NCBI GenBank assembly: GCA_009783265.1
Contig: WRHM01000006.1
Coordinates: 61,232 to 125,231, forward strand
From: Oscillospiraceae bacterium
Lineage (GTDB): Bacteria > Bacillota > Clostridia > Oscillospirales > WRJC01
Direction: 5' to 3'
DNA: 64,000 nt
Below the pieces are notes generated by a model. The model saw only the letters and a list, made by a program, of their open reading frames with translations, was not told where the DNA came from and made no database searches. Each line of letters starts with the position of its first letter. The stretch's first letter is position 1. Below are positions 41,284 to 49,572 of the stretch, in pieces. Made by a program: the position numbers and the translations under genes.

Positions 41284-42270
41284 ATGGACGGAAGCGTATT
41301 TCTGGTAAGCGAAAAAGTAATAACTCTGTTTATTGTATTATTTATTGGCGTTATCGCGAGAAAATTTAATATTATCGACTGGGATGCAACAAAAAAATTA
41401 TCGGCTTTTTTATTAAATGTTACTCAGCCTTTGATGATTATAACGTCTTTTCAAATGGATTTTGATTCGGAAAAGCTAAAAAACGGATTGATGATAATAG
41501 CTTTGTCTGTATCAATTCATATATTTTCAGCCGCCGCCGCTTTTTTATTATACAAGCCTGTGAAAGACGGCGGAAAAAGAAAAGTCTATGAAATGGGGAC
41601 GATATTTTGCAACTGCGCTTTTTTGGGTTATCCTGTGCTTAAAGTTATATTCGGCGATGAAACCGGCGTTTTTTACGGCGCGTTCTACACAATGTTTTTT
41701 AATATATTTATATGGACTTACGGTGTAGTTTTGATAACAAGACAAGAAAATAAAGACAATAAAAACATCGAAGATAAAAATAAAACAAAAAATAAACTGC
41801 CGGTATCAAAAATATTTTTAAATTCCGGAATGATCGCGTCCGTTATCGGGATAATAATTTTTATATCCGGGATAAAACTGCCCGGCGTATTATATGACTC
41901 TTCAAAATTAGTCGGGGATATGACTTTCCCGTTGTCTATGATAATTATCGGCTCGCTTATATCAAATATAAACTTAAAAGATATGTTTTTGTCTGTCAGA
42001 AATTATTATTATATATTTATAAAACTTATATTTATTCCCGGATTAACCGGATTTATATGCTATATATTAAAACTGCCGGCTGTTATTATATATATGGGGA
42101 CAATTATGACGGCATTGCCGAGCGCGGCAAATGTAGCGATATTTGCCGAAACATACGAAGCCGACTCAAAAGCCGGGGCGATAAACGTAGGGCTCTCGAC
42201 TTTGATTTCTATCGGGACGATACCGCTTGCGATTTATTTTTTGGATAATATTTTAAAAGTTAAAATATAG
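41284..42270 (+). CDS. AEC family transporter
   Basis: NCAFLGYP, PLSMIIIG, ALPSAA..FA..Y, STLISIGTIP. Confidence 0.88.
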   Translation: MDGSVFLVSEKVITLFIVLFIGVIARKFNIIDWDATKKLSAFLLNVTQPLMIITSFQMDFDSEKLKNGLMIIALSVSIHIFSAAAAFLLYKPVKDGGKRKVYEMGTIFCNCAFLGYPVLKVIFGDETGVFYGAFYTMFFNIFIWTYGVVLITRQENKDNKNIEDKNKTKNKLPVSKIFLNSGMIASVIGIIIFISGIKLPGVLYDSSKLVGDMTFPLSMIIIGSLISNINLKDMFLSVRNYYYIFIKLIFIPGLTGFICYILKLPAVIIYMGTIMTALPSAANVAIFAETYEADSKAGAINVGLSTLISIGTIPLAIYFLDNILKVKI

Positions 42271-42279
42271 ATTAATAGA

Positions 42280-42579
42280 TTAAGTTATATAATCCCCGGC
42301 AATACGGCCTTCTCTTATTTTGGCTATATATGCCGCGATTTTTTTATGATCCGGGTGGTTTTTATATATTTCCAGATTTTCAGGCGAATCAAATTCGCTG
42401 TATAATACAGCGTCGTAAATTTCGTTCGGGATTATATTTTCTCCGACTTCCAGATATTTTATTTGAGGGATTATATTAACAAGATTCTCAAGTTCTGATT
42501 TGATAAATCTTATATTTTCTGCTTTTGATTTTCCCTCTGCGAAATCTTTAAGTTTCCACATTACTATATGTTTTACCAT
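42280..42579 (-). CDS. Dabb-family stress-responsive protein
   Basis: MVKHIVMWKLK..YD..L.SEF..Y..HPDH. Confidence 0.9.
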   Translation of the reverse strand: MVKHIVMWKLKDFAEGKSKAENIRFIKSELENLVNIIPQIKYLEVGENIIPNEIYDAVLYSEFDSPENLEIYKNHPDHKKIAAYIAKIREGRIAGDYIT

Positions 42580-42718
42580 AATTATTATTTTTATTATTTT
42601 CCTCCAAAATATTATTTTAATATAATTTTATAATCAAACATATTTTTATACGCCGCGCATATTATTAAATAAAGATTAAAACTAACAGAATTTAAATTTG
42701 CGAGGTGTATAAAAATAT

Positions 42719-43258
42719 ATGTCCAATACTATATTTTCAAAAAATTTGAGAAAACTCAGAGAAGAAATGAAAATATCACAAAAATCGGCGGCGGCAAGCT
42801 TAGGAATATCGCAGGCGTTATTGTCGCATTACGAAAAAGGCATAAGGGAATGCGGCCTTAATTTTTTAACCCGCGCCGCAAAATTCTATAAAGTTTCAAC
42901 GGATTATATGCTTGGAATTTCAGATAATATCGACGATAATATATATAATAATAATCCGGTTTGTTTTAAAAATAAAATCAAAGATTGCGAACTGAAAAAA
43001 GACGGGAAAGAATACAATATATCTTCGGCATTATATAAAAATCTTTTAGTAAACGCAATATCTCATATATTTGACAATATGAGAGAAACTGATTATAAAG
43101 AAATTTCGGTTTTATCCGGAAAATACATATCTCTTTCGGTGTATTGCTTATATATTATGCTCCGTGATGTTTTAAAAGAAAAAAATCCGTTTGAAGATTA
43201 TAATTTTGAAAACCCGTATCTGAATATTATAATCAACGGCGTCGATATAAAGATATAG
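42719..43258 (+). CDS. XRE-family HTH transcriptional regulator
   Basis: LRKLREE..ISQ..LGISQALLSHYEKGIRE..VSTDYMLG; 3' end overlaps cbiO by 26 nt. Confidence 0.85.
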   Translation: MSNTIFSKNLRKLREEMKISQKSAAASLGISQALLSHYEKGIRECGLNFLTRAAKFYKVSTDYMLGISDNIDDNIYNNNPVCFKNKIKDCELKKDGKEYNISSALYKNLLVNAISHIFDNMRETDYKEISVLSGKYISLSVYCLYIMLRDVLKEKNPFEDYNFENPYLNIIINGVDIKI

Positions 43259-43970
43259 GCAATTCCAATCCGCATTCTTCTAATATTTTTTCGTCATGTA
43301 AAATTTTACTTGATGGCATATCGGAATAAATACAACCTTCTTTTAATAAAATCGTCCTGCTGCATAAATCAAGAGCCATATCCAAATCGTGCGTCGCGAT
43401 TATCATAGTCTGTGAAAGCCCCGATAAAATTTCGATTAATCTGCGGCGCGCTTTAGGATCGAGAAAAGACGACGGCTCGTCCATAAGAATAATTTTCGGA
43501 TTCATGACAAGAATCCCAGCAAGCGCAACCAAACGTTTTTCGCCTCCCGAAAGTTTATGCGTCAACCGGTTTTTCAAATGCGAAACGCTTAAATTTTTCA
43601 GGATTTCATCGATTGATTTTTCGATTAATTCTTCTTTTTCACTATAATTTCGCGGACCGAACGCTATGTCTTCATAAACCGTAGGCATAAAAAGCTGGTC
43701 GTCGGGATTTTGAAAAACCATGCCGGTTTTTTTACGTAAACTATTCAGGGTTTTTTTATTTAATTCTATGCCGTCGATAATTATTTCCCCGGATATAGGC
43801 GTAATTATTCCTGTAAGAGCAAGCAGAAAGGTTGATTTTCCCGCTCCGTTTGCTCCTATAACAGCGACTTTTTCCCCGCTGTTTACAATAAAACTAATAT
43901 TATCCAAAGCGCAGGTTTTATCAGACGCTTCGTATTTTACCGTGAGGTTTTTAACTTCTATTTCTATCAT
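43233..43970 (-). CDS. cbiO: ECF Ni/Co transporter ATPase
   Basis: GANGAGKST, FQNPDDQLF, LSGGEK, MDEP, ATHD; start moved to ATG 43970. Confidence 0.92.
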   Translation of the reverse strand: MIEIEVKNLTVKYEASDKTCALDNISFIVNSGEKVAVIGANGAGKSTFLLALTGIITPISGEIIIDGIELNKKTLNSLRKKTGMVFQNPDDQLFMPTVYEDIAFGPRNYSEKEELIEKSIDEILKNLSVSHLKNRLTHKLSGGEKRLVALAGILVMNPKIILMDEPSSFLDPKARRRLIEILSGLSQTMIIATHDLDMALDLCSRTILLKEGCIYSDMPSSKILHDEKILEECGLELPISLYRRR

Positions 43971-44018
43971 GAAAGATCCTTTTAAATTTATATATTTCAA
44001 AAATAATGAAAAATTATA

Positions 44019-44047
44019 TTGACAAAATAAAATATATGCGGTATAAT
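44019..44047 (+). promoter_or_regulatory. Consensus sigmaA promoter of putative antisense RNA
   Basis: TTGACA(44019)-17-TATAAT(44042). Confidence 0.8.
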
Positions 44048-44053
44048 ATAATT

Positions 44054-44150
44054 GTAGAAAAAACAAAAGGCACGCCGCAAAACGGCTACGCCCAAAAGAT
44101 TAATGCAGTAATCGCATCACTTGGTCGTGGGGGCGATTACTGCACTTTTA
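44054..44150 (+). ncRNA. Putative type I antitoxin RNA (~95 nt, ends approximate)
   Basis: Lies between the consensus promoter and a 12-bp hairpin TGCAGTAATCGC/GCGATTACTGCA plus CTTTT; antisense to the 3' end of a small hydrophobic ORF. Confidence 0.6.
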
Positions 44151-44229
44151 TGGATAAAAGGTGTATCAAAAAGAAAAAAATGACTGTCCACCGAAAAATT
44201 ATGTAAATAATTTTTCTCCATTTACGCAT
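44137..44229 (-). CDS. Putative type I toxin, 30-aa membrane peptide (absent from ORF track)
   Basis: Own translation MRKWRKIIYIIFRWTVIFFFLIHLLSIKVQ; RBS GGAAAGGGGGTAGG. Confidence 0.65.
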   Translation of the reverse strand: MRKWRKIIYIIFRWTVIFFFLIHLLSIKVQ

Positions 44230-44407
44230 TGTTACCTACCCCCTTTCCGCCCTCAAACTGAGGGAGTCAGGAAATGCTCGGGATAGGCGTAACCGCTCCA
44301 CTTTATGCCTCTTATTTACCACTTGCGTGGCACGTATAATAATATAATAAAAATATGTCGGAATTTTATGTAAATTATTACATTTTGGCATATTTTATTT
44401 TTATGTG

Positions 44408-45172
44408 TTATATAATTCCCCCAATAAACAAACTTAAATTAAAAACTCTCAAAAATATTGCCAACCCTGCGACTACAACAATATAAACAATATCAGAAAT
44501 ACGCATGCCCGAATATTTTCCGTAATATGTCCCGTCAAAACCCCTGCATTTCATCGAGTTATACACCCGTTCGGCTCTGTCAAAACTCTTTAAAACAAGC
44601 TGTCCCAAAAAAAATCCAATATCTTTTAATTTTATTCCATTTTGTTTATGGGAACGTAAAATATAAGCCGTATGCATAATAAACGCTTCGGTCATCAAAA
44701 CCGACAAATACCTGTATGTCATGACAATCAACAGACATAATATTTTTGGAATACGCAATATATTTAACTGGTGTGTTATTTCGGTAAACGGAGTCGTCGC
44801 GATTAAAATCAACGCGGCAAATACCGTCAAAAAAGTTTTTAGCATAACCGCGACAAAAGAAATCATGCCGTCTGTAAATGGCATAAATATAATATTGCTT
44901 ATCCCTGCCATGAGAGAAAACGGCAGAGCTATAACTGTTCTTTTTAATAAAAATTTATACGGGATATTCGCCAGAGAAATTAAAATAACGGGATAAAATA
45001 TAAACGGCACAAGCCCGGTTATATTTTTATATGAAAAAGATATGACGACAACAATATAAACAATAGCTGAAATAAGTTTTGCCATAGGGTGAATTTTATG
45101 TATAATCGATTTTTGCATGGCTAACTGTTCAAGATTGCTGATATTAACAGACGCGTGATATAGACTTGCCAT
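44408..45172 (-). CDS. cbiQ: ECF Ni/Co transporter T component
   Basis: IHKIHP.AK, ATTPF, TYRY, SFDRAERVYNSMKCRGF. Confidence 0.9.
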   Translation of the reverse strand: MASLYHASVNISNLEQLAMQKSIIHKIHPMAKLISAIVYIVVVISFSYKNITGLVPFIFYPVILISLANIPYKFLLKRTVIALPFSLMAGISNIIFMPFTDGMISFVAVMLKTFLTVFAALILIATTPFTEITHQLNILRIPKILCLLIVMTYRYLSVLMTEAFIMHTAYILRSHKQNGIKLKDIGFFLGQLVLKSFDRAERVYNSMKCRGFDGTYYGKYSGMRISDIVYIVVVAGLAIFLRVFNLSLFIGGII

Positions 45173-45175
45173 TTT

Positions 45176-46144
45176 TTACGATTCTCCCGTTTGCTTTCTT
45201 TGCTTTTTGGCTATGTGTATAATAAATCCGATACTTCCGGCAAGCGCGACCGTTATTATACTGCCGATGATTCCGCCAATCGGCGAATATTCCAATACAA
45301 TATTTTCGGCGGTATCGTCGTTAGATATTTCGATACCTGAAATTTCTTCGGTTTTTTCAATAGACCATTCTAATCCGTCGGGTAATTGAGAAGCGAAAAT
45401 AGAAATTACGCCGCCTATAATCAAAGTCAATATAATAAAAATTATCAATAATTTGTAGGGACGAACTGTGTTCGTCCGCGATATATTATTATCCAAAATC
45501 TCAGGGCGGACGCTGTGTATAAAACATAAAACGGCAGCAGTGACAATCCCCTCAATAATTCCGATTATTAAATGAATCGGTTGCATTAACGCCGCAAAAG
45601 TAGCGAACGGAAGATTTGCCACGCCTGATATGGCTGTTTGCAGAACAACCATAAAAGCGCCTGCCTGAAGCCCGGTTATTGCTGAAAATACAGCGGCGAC
45701 AAATATAGTTTTTTTATTTAATCCCCATTTTTTTATTATCGGCTTGTATATAATTTGATACGCGAATAAACATGCGCAAACTCCCATGTTAAACAAATTA
45801 CAGCCGTACGCGAGAAGCCCTCCGTCCGCGAAAAACAGGCATTGTATCAACAGAACCGAGGCAAGAGTTAATAAAGCCGGGAAAGGGCCTAAAATTGCGG
45901 CAAGCAATATACCCCCGCCTATATGTCCGCTTGAACCTGTGCCGGGGATAGTGAAATTAATCATTTGAGCGGCAAAAATAAACGCTCCCAGAACAGCCAT
46001 GACCGGGATTTTTTTTTCATCGAACTTATCGGGATTTTCAGAGGTGTTTTTAATTTTCGCAACAGATAACCCGATTGCTCCCACGCTCACGGCAGTCATG
46101 GCTCCGCCGACGGCAGGAGAGAGTAAAGCGTCAACCATGTGCAT
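45176..46144 (-). CDS. cbiM: ECF Ni/Co transporter S component, NikM/CbiM fused to N (PDGLE) domain
   Basis: Starts MHM (metal-binding N-terminus) after GGAGG; FAAQM.NF..SSGH.GG, ADGG..NMG, C-terminal PDGLE. Confidence 0.9.
   Translation of the reverse strand: MHMVDALLSPAVGGAMTAVSVGAIGLSVAKIKNTSENPDKFDEKKIPVMAVLGAFIFAAQMINFTIPGTGSSGHIGGGILLAAILGPFPALLTLASVLLIQCLFFADGGLLAYGCNLFNMGVCACLFAYQIIYKPIIKKWGLNKKTIFVAAVFSAITGLQAGAFMVVLQTAISGVANLPFATFAALMQPIHLIIGIIEGIVTAAVLCFIHSVRPEILDNNISRTNTVRPYKLLIIFIILTLIIGGVISIFASQLPDGLEWSIEKTEEISGIEISNDDTAENIVLEYSPIGGIIGSIITVALAGSIGFIIHIAKKQRKQTGES
45455..45478 (+). repeat. REP-like hairpin in frame within cbiM/nikM (read RTNTVRPY on the coding strand)
   Basis: GTAG-GGACGAAC-tgt-GTTCGTCC-G; 23/24 identical to the reverse complement of 46296-46319. 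Confidence 0.8.
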
Positions 46145-46251
46145 AAAATTTATTCCTCCAAAAAAAGATAAAAGCATATAAAAATCCGGCTTGCTTCACG
46201 CAAACAAAAATAACGGCTTTCATAGCTTTTATATAATTTTTTTATATTTGT

Positions 46252-46319
46252 GCAGGGACGACCTGTGTTCGTCCGTGGACATTATGCGATTTTAACGGAC
46301 GAACACAGGTCGTCCCTAC
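46252..46319. repeat. Inverted REP doublet (REPIN-like)
   Basis: GCAGGGACGACCTGTGTTCGTCCGT (46252-46276) and inverted copy (46295-46319), 24/25 match. Confidence 0.85.
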
Positions 46320-46349
46320 TTCACCTTCATGATGAAACCTTACATAAAT

Positions 46350-46378
46350 ATTATAACTTAATTAAATTAAATTGTCAA
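46350..46378 (-). promoter_or_regulatory. sigmaA promoter of cbiMQO
   Basis: Minus strand TTGACA-17-TATAAT. Confidence 0.75.
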
Positions 46379-46384
46379 TGCTTT

Positions 46385-48052
46385 TCACGAAAATAAATCT
46401 TCAAGATTAATAACAGTTGTCGCCCATGAAACATCGGCGTTGATATCATGAGTTGTCATCAGTACAGTTCCGTCAAATTCATCAAGGGCATGCATCAAAA
46501 CTTCTTTTGAATATACATCAAGATGATTTGTAGGCTCATCAAGAATAATTAAATTCACGGGATTCATCATAGCGAGGCACAATCTTAATTTCGTCATTTC
46601 GCCGCCGGATAAAGTTTTTACCTGATTAAAAAAGTGCATTTCGTTCAATCCGCACGACAACATCATAGCCTGCAATTCTTTCTGCGGTTTTTCGGGATAA
46701 TATTCTTTCGCGAACTCTATAACCGTAATTTCGCGCTTTTTTCCTTTTTTTATATTTAAAGCTTTTCTTTCGGCTTTGTCAAAATGCGAAAAATTATTTT
46801 CATAATCTTCTTCCTGTTTCAAAAACACAGTTTCGATATTATCTCCAAATTCGATATTCCCTGATATTACCGGCAAATCCCCGTAGATTGATTTTAAAAG
46901 CGTAGTCTTGCCTATACCATTGAATCCCTTGAATACGATTTTTTCGCCTTTCTGAATATTAAGAGAAACAGGAGGCAATACCGGTGAATTATTATACCCG
47001 ACTTCGATATTGTCAAGCGTGACGATTTGTTTTGACGAACCACGCATAAACTTAAAAGCAAACTGCGGCTTTATTATTTCATCGGGTTTTTCGATTCTTT
47101 TCAGATTTTCAAGCATCTTTTTCAGCCATGTCGCTTTTGTCTTCCCCGCTCCGGTTGTATTATAATATAAATGCGCCTCGACATATTCTTCCGAGCGTTG
47201 GATATATTTACTCTGAGCGATATGCTGCTGCAACTGAACGGCTTCAAGCCGTTCTTTTTCTTTTAAATAAAAATCATAATTCCCGTTATAGACTTTAAAC
47301 ACGCGGTTTGCGATTTCTATTATTTTATTGCTGATTTTATTCAAAAATATTTTATCGTGCGATATAACGATAAACGCGCATTTTAATCGTTTTAAATAAT
47401 CCCCAAGCCACGCGATATATTTTATATCCAAAAAATTCGTCGGTTCGTCCAAGACTAATATATCATTGTCGGTCAAAAGCATTTTAGCAAGAATCAATTT
47501 TGTTTTCATGCCGCCGGATAACTGCGTGACAATTTTATTCCTGTCGTTTTCTGTAAAACCCAAGCCGGTTAAAACGCCGTCGATTTTCTTTTCTATCTGA
47601 TAAAATTCTTTAACTTCGAGAAAATCCAGTATTTTCTGCGCTTTATTCACAGATTTTATTTGTTCTTCTTCCGGCAATTCTGAAATATTCGCGTATATCT
47701 CTGTCACTTGTTTGTCTAATTTATAAAGTTCGTCGAATACAGAATCAAGATATTCGTAAACTGTGCAATTTTTATTAATATCGGCGTACTGGTCAAGATA
47801 GCCGATTTTTAAATTGTTTGGTTTTTCAATTTTGCATGAATCCGGCACAAATTCCCCTGTCAATATTTTCAAAAATGTAGTTTTACCGCAGCCGTTAGGT
47901 CCGACAAGCCCAATATGCTCGCCTGACTGCACAGTAAGTTCTGCTTCGTTGAATATACTTTTGTTAATCCCTTTTACGTCCTCATAACCTGTCTCAAAAA
48001 TTTTTCTGCTGCCAAAAGAATGTGAAAGTTCTTTTATATTAAATAATCTCAT
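46385..48052 (-). CDS. ABC-F ribosome-associated ATPase
   Basis: Two ABC domains (GPNGCGKTT/LSGG/LDEPTN; GFNGIGKTT/LSGGE/LDEPTNHLD), helical linker, no TM; likely start MRLFN at 48052. Confidence 0.9.
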   Translation of the reverse strand: MRLFNIKELSHSFGSRKIFETGYEDVKGINKSIFNEAELTVQSGEHIGLVGPNGCGKTTFLKILTGEFVPDSCKIEKPNNLKIGYLDQYADINKNCTVYEYLDSVFDELYKLDKQVTEIYANISELPEEEQIKSVNKAQKILDFLEVKEFYQIEKKIDGVLTGLGFTENDRNKIVTQLSGGMKTKLILAKMLLTDNDILVLDEPTNFLDIKYIAWLGDYLKRLKCAFIVISHDKIFLNKISNKIIEIANRVFKVYNGNYDFYLKEKERLEAVQLQQHIAQSKYIQRSEEYVEAHLYYNTTGAGKTKATWLKKMLENLKRIEKPDEIIKPQFAFKFMRGSSKQIVTLDNIEVGYNNSPVLPPVSLNIQKGEKIVFKGFNGIGKTTLLKSIYGDLPVISGNIEFGDNIETVFLKQEEDYENNFSHFDKAERKALNIKKGKKREITVIEFAKEYYPEKPQKELQAMMLSCGLNEMHFFNQVKTLSGGEMTKLRLCLAMMNPVNLIILDEPTNHLDVYSKEVLMHALDEFDGTVLMTTHDINADVSWATTVINLEDLFS

Positions 48053-48073
48053 AATATTATTGTTAATCCTCCT

Positions 48074-48117
48074 AAAAATAAAAAATAACGGACAAGCCAA
48101 ATTATAGCTCTATCCGT
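48074..48117 (-). terminator. Putative leader (attenuator) terminator upstream of ABC-F
   Basis: Minus strand ACGGATAGAGC-N9-GCTTGTCCGT followed by TATTTTTTATTTTT, just before AGGAGG. Confidence 0.6.
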
Positions 48118-48128
48118 ATCGATTATTT

Positions 48129-48178
48129 GTATGGGCGCGCATTGCGCGTCCGCGGAATGCCCATTGGTTATTCCCTAC
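48129..48178. repeat. Two dissimilar REP-like hairpins, heads outward
   Basis: GTATGGGCGCGC-att-GCGCGTCC on plus; GTAGGGAATAACC-aat-GGGCATTCCG on minus. Confidence 0.6.
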
Positions 48179-48181
48179 AAA

Positions 48182-48328
48182 TCATCGCATATTACCGGAG
48201 ACGCAGCTATAACGGCATAAATTGATAGACTTCACCCTTGTTATAACTGCTGATTTAAACGCCGGGACTCTTACGAAATTTAAAACATATTTAATTTTCA
48301 TATCGAGCGTATCTGTAATTTTTGCCAT
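48182..48328 (-). CDS. Putative leader peptide of ABC-F (48 aa)
   Basis: GGAGGTGA RBS before MAKITDTL..; promoter TTGACA(48400)-17-TATGAT just upstream. Confidence 0.6.
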   Translation of the reverse strand: MAKITDTLDMKIKYVLNFVRVPAFKSAVITRVKSINLCRYSCVSGNMR

Positions 48329-48552
48329 TATATTCACCTCCGGTTTCTTTTTATTTCTCTGAGACAAAATTATCATAACATAAAAATTACTTTTTGTCAA
48401 TATATAAATTTCGTGCTTTGGCGATTCTTATATTATTTTAAATAAAATTTTGATTTTTTGTTGACTTTTGCTTTTTTATATTATATAATTAAATAAAATC
48501 ATATAATTTATGGTTTATAAAATAAATAAATTTTTTGGAGGTATTTTTTGTT

Positions 48553-49488
48553 ATGAAAAAATTCATCGCAATATTACTCGCATTTATATTAACCGCAATA
48601 CCGGTTACTGCGTTTGCGCATTCTGACAACACAAATGCAGGAAGTATACCTAAAACCGCAACCGCTCCGGTTATCGACGGCGTAAAAGACGATATATATG
48701 ATCAGGGCCTGTTTGTGCCGGTAAGAAATCCGCACAACGCAACTCCGGACGGCGGACTTGGCGGAGGCGCGGATGCATGGTTTCTCTGGGACGATGACGA
48801 TTTGTATATATTTATGAAAATCGATTTAGTAAGTTTCTATAGCCCCGATGATTATGAAGACTTACAGACAGACGAGCCGTGGGCGTTAACTACCTGCGAA
48901 ATTCTCATGGATTGGTCTAACGGCAGCGACGATGCCGAACAGGTATGTCAGGTAAGAATGAACGACAGGGGATTCCCGAATGTAACATTGGCAAGGTCTG
49001 ATCCCCATAAAAACGGGGAAGAATGCAGACCGTATATCGACTGGGGTTTCACAAAAACCGATAATTCTTATTGCGCCGAATTCAAAATAAAAATGGGCGA
49101 ATTCAGAAAAGCTGTTGAAGCTTTAGACGTTAATTTCGGCAGTGATTTTACGGCTGGCAAACAAATAGGATTATATATTTTCTCTCAGGAAAATAACGAA
49201 AGCGGCGACGCGGCTCTCTTTGTATCCGTACCGACCGATATGTCCGGAAACTGGGTGCCGGGAAATTATGATTACGTAGTTCTCGGCGACAACGTAGTAG
49301 GCGCAGTCGCTGAACCGGAACCGGAAGTTCCGGCAGACGAACCTGCTCCGGTAAATGAACCGGTTGCAGCTCCTCCTCCCGTTACCGCTGCTCCGACAGG
49401 CGACGCAGGTATAATAATTCTTTTGGCAGTTATGATTACAGCCGCCGCAGGCATTGTTATATTCAAAAGAAAAAAAGCGGTCAGATAA
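48553..49488 (+). CDS. Cell-surface protein with CBM9-like domain and sortase-type anchor
   Basis: Signal peptide MKKFIAILL..AFA; APVIDG..DD motif; Pro/Glu linker; AAPTGD plus TM plus KRKK tail. Confidence 0.75.
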   Translation: MKKFIAILLAFILTAIPVTAFAHSDNTNAGSIPKTATAPVIDGVKDDIYDQGLFVPVRNPHNATPDGGLGGGADAWFLWDDDDLYIFMKIDLVSFYSPDDYEDLQTDEPWALTTCEILMDWSNGSDDAEQVCQVRMNDRGFPNVTLARSDPHKNGEECRPYIDWGFTKTDNSYCAEFKIKMGEFRKAVEALDVNFGSDFTAGKQIGLYIFSQENNESGDAALFVSVPTDMSGNWVPGNYDYVVLGDNVVGAVAEPEPEVPADEPAPVNEPVAAPPPVTAAPTGDAGIIILLAVMITAAAGIVIFKRKKAVR

Positions 49489-49518
49489 TAATAAAAAGCG
49501 ATAAATAAAATATTAAAA

Positions 49519-49560
49519 TGAAAAACGAAACTGTGATTTTTTATCCGGTTTCGTTTTTCA
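49519..49560 (+). terminator. Hairpin/terminator before pyrB
   Basis: TGAAAAACGAAAC..GTTTCGTTTTTCA. Confidence 0.6.
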
Positions 49561-49572
49561 GAGAGGAAAATT

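Noticed and set aside
44006-44206. 66-aa plus-strand ORF
   Set aside because: It starts upstream of the promoter and runs through the terminator; better explained as the antisense RNA locus.
49490-49572. PyrR attenuator before pyrB
   Set aside because: A hairpin is present but no PyrR-binding consensus; simpler as the upstream gene's terminator.
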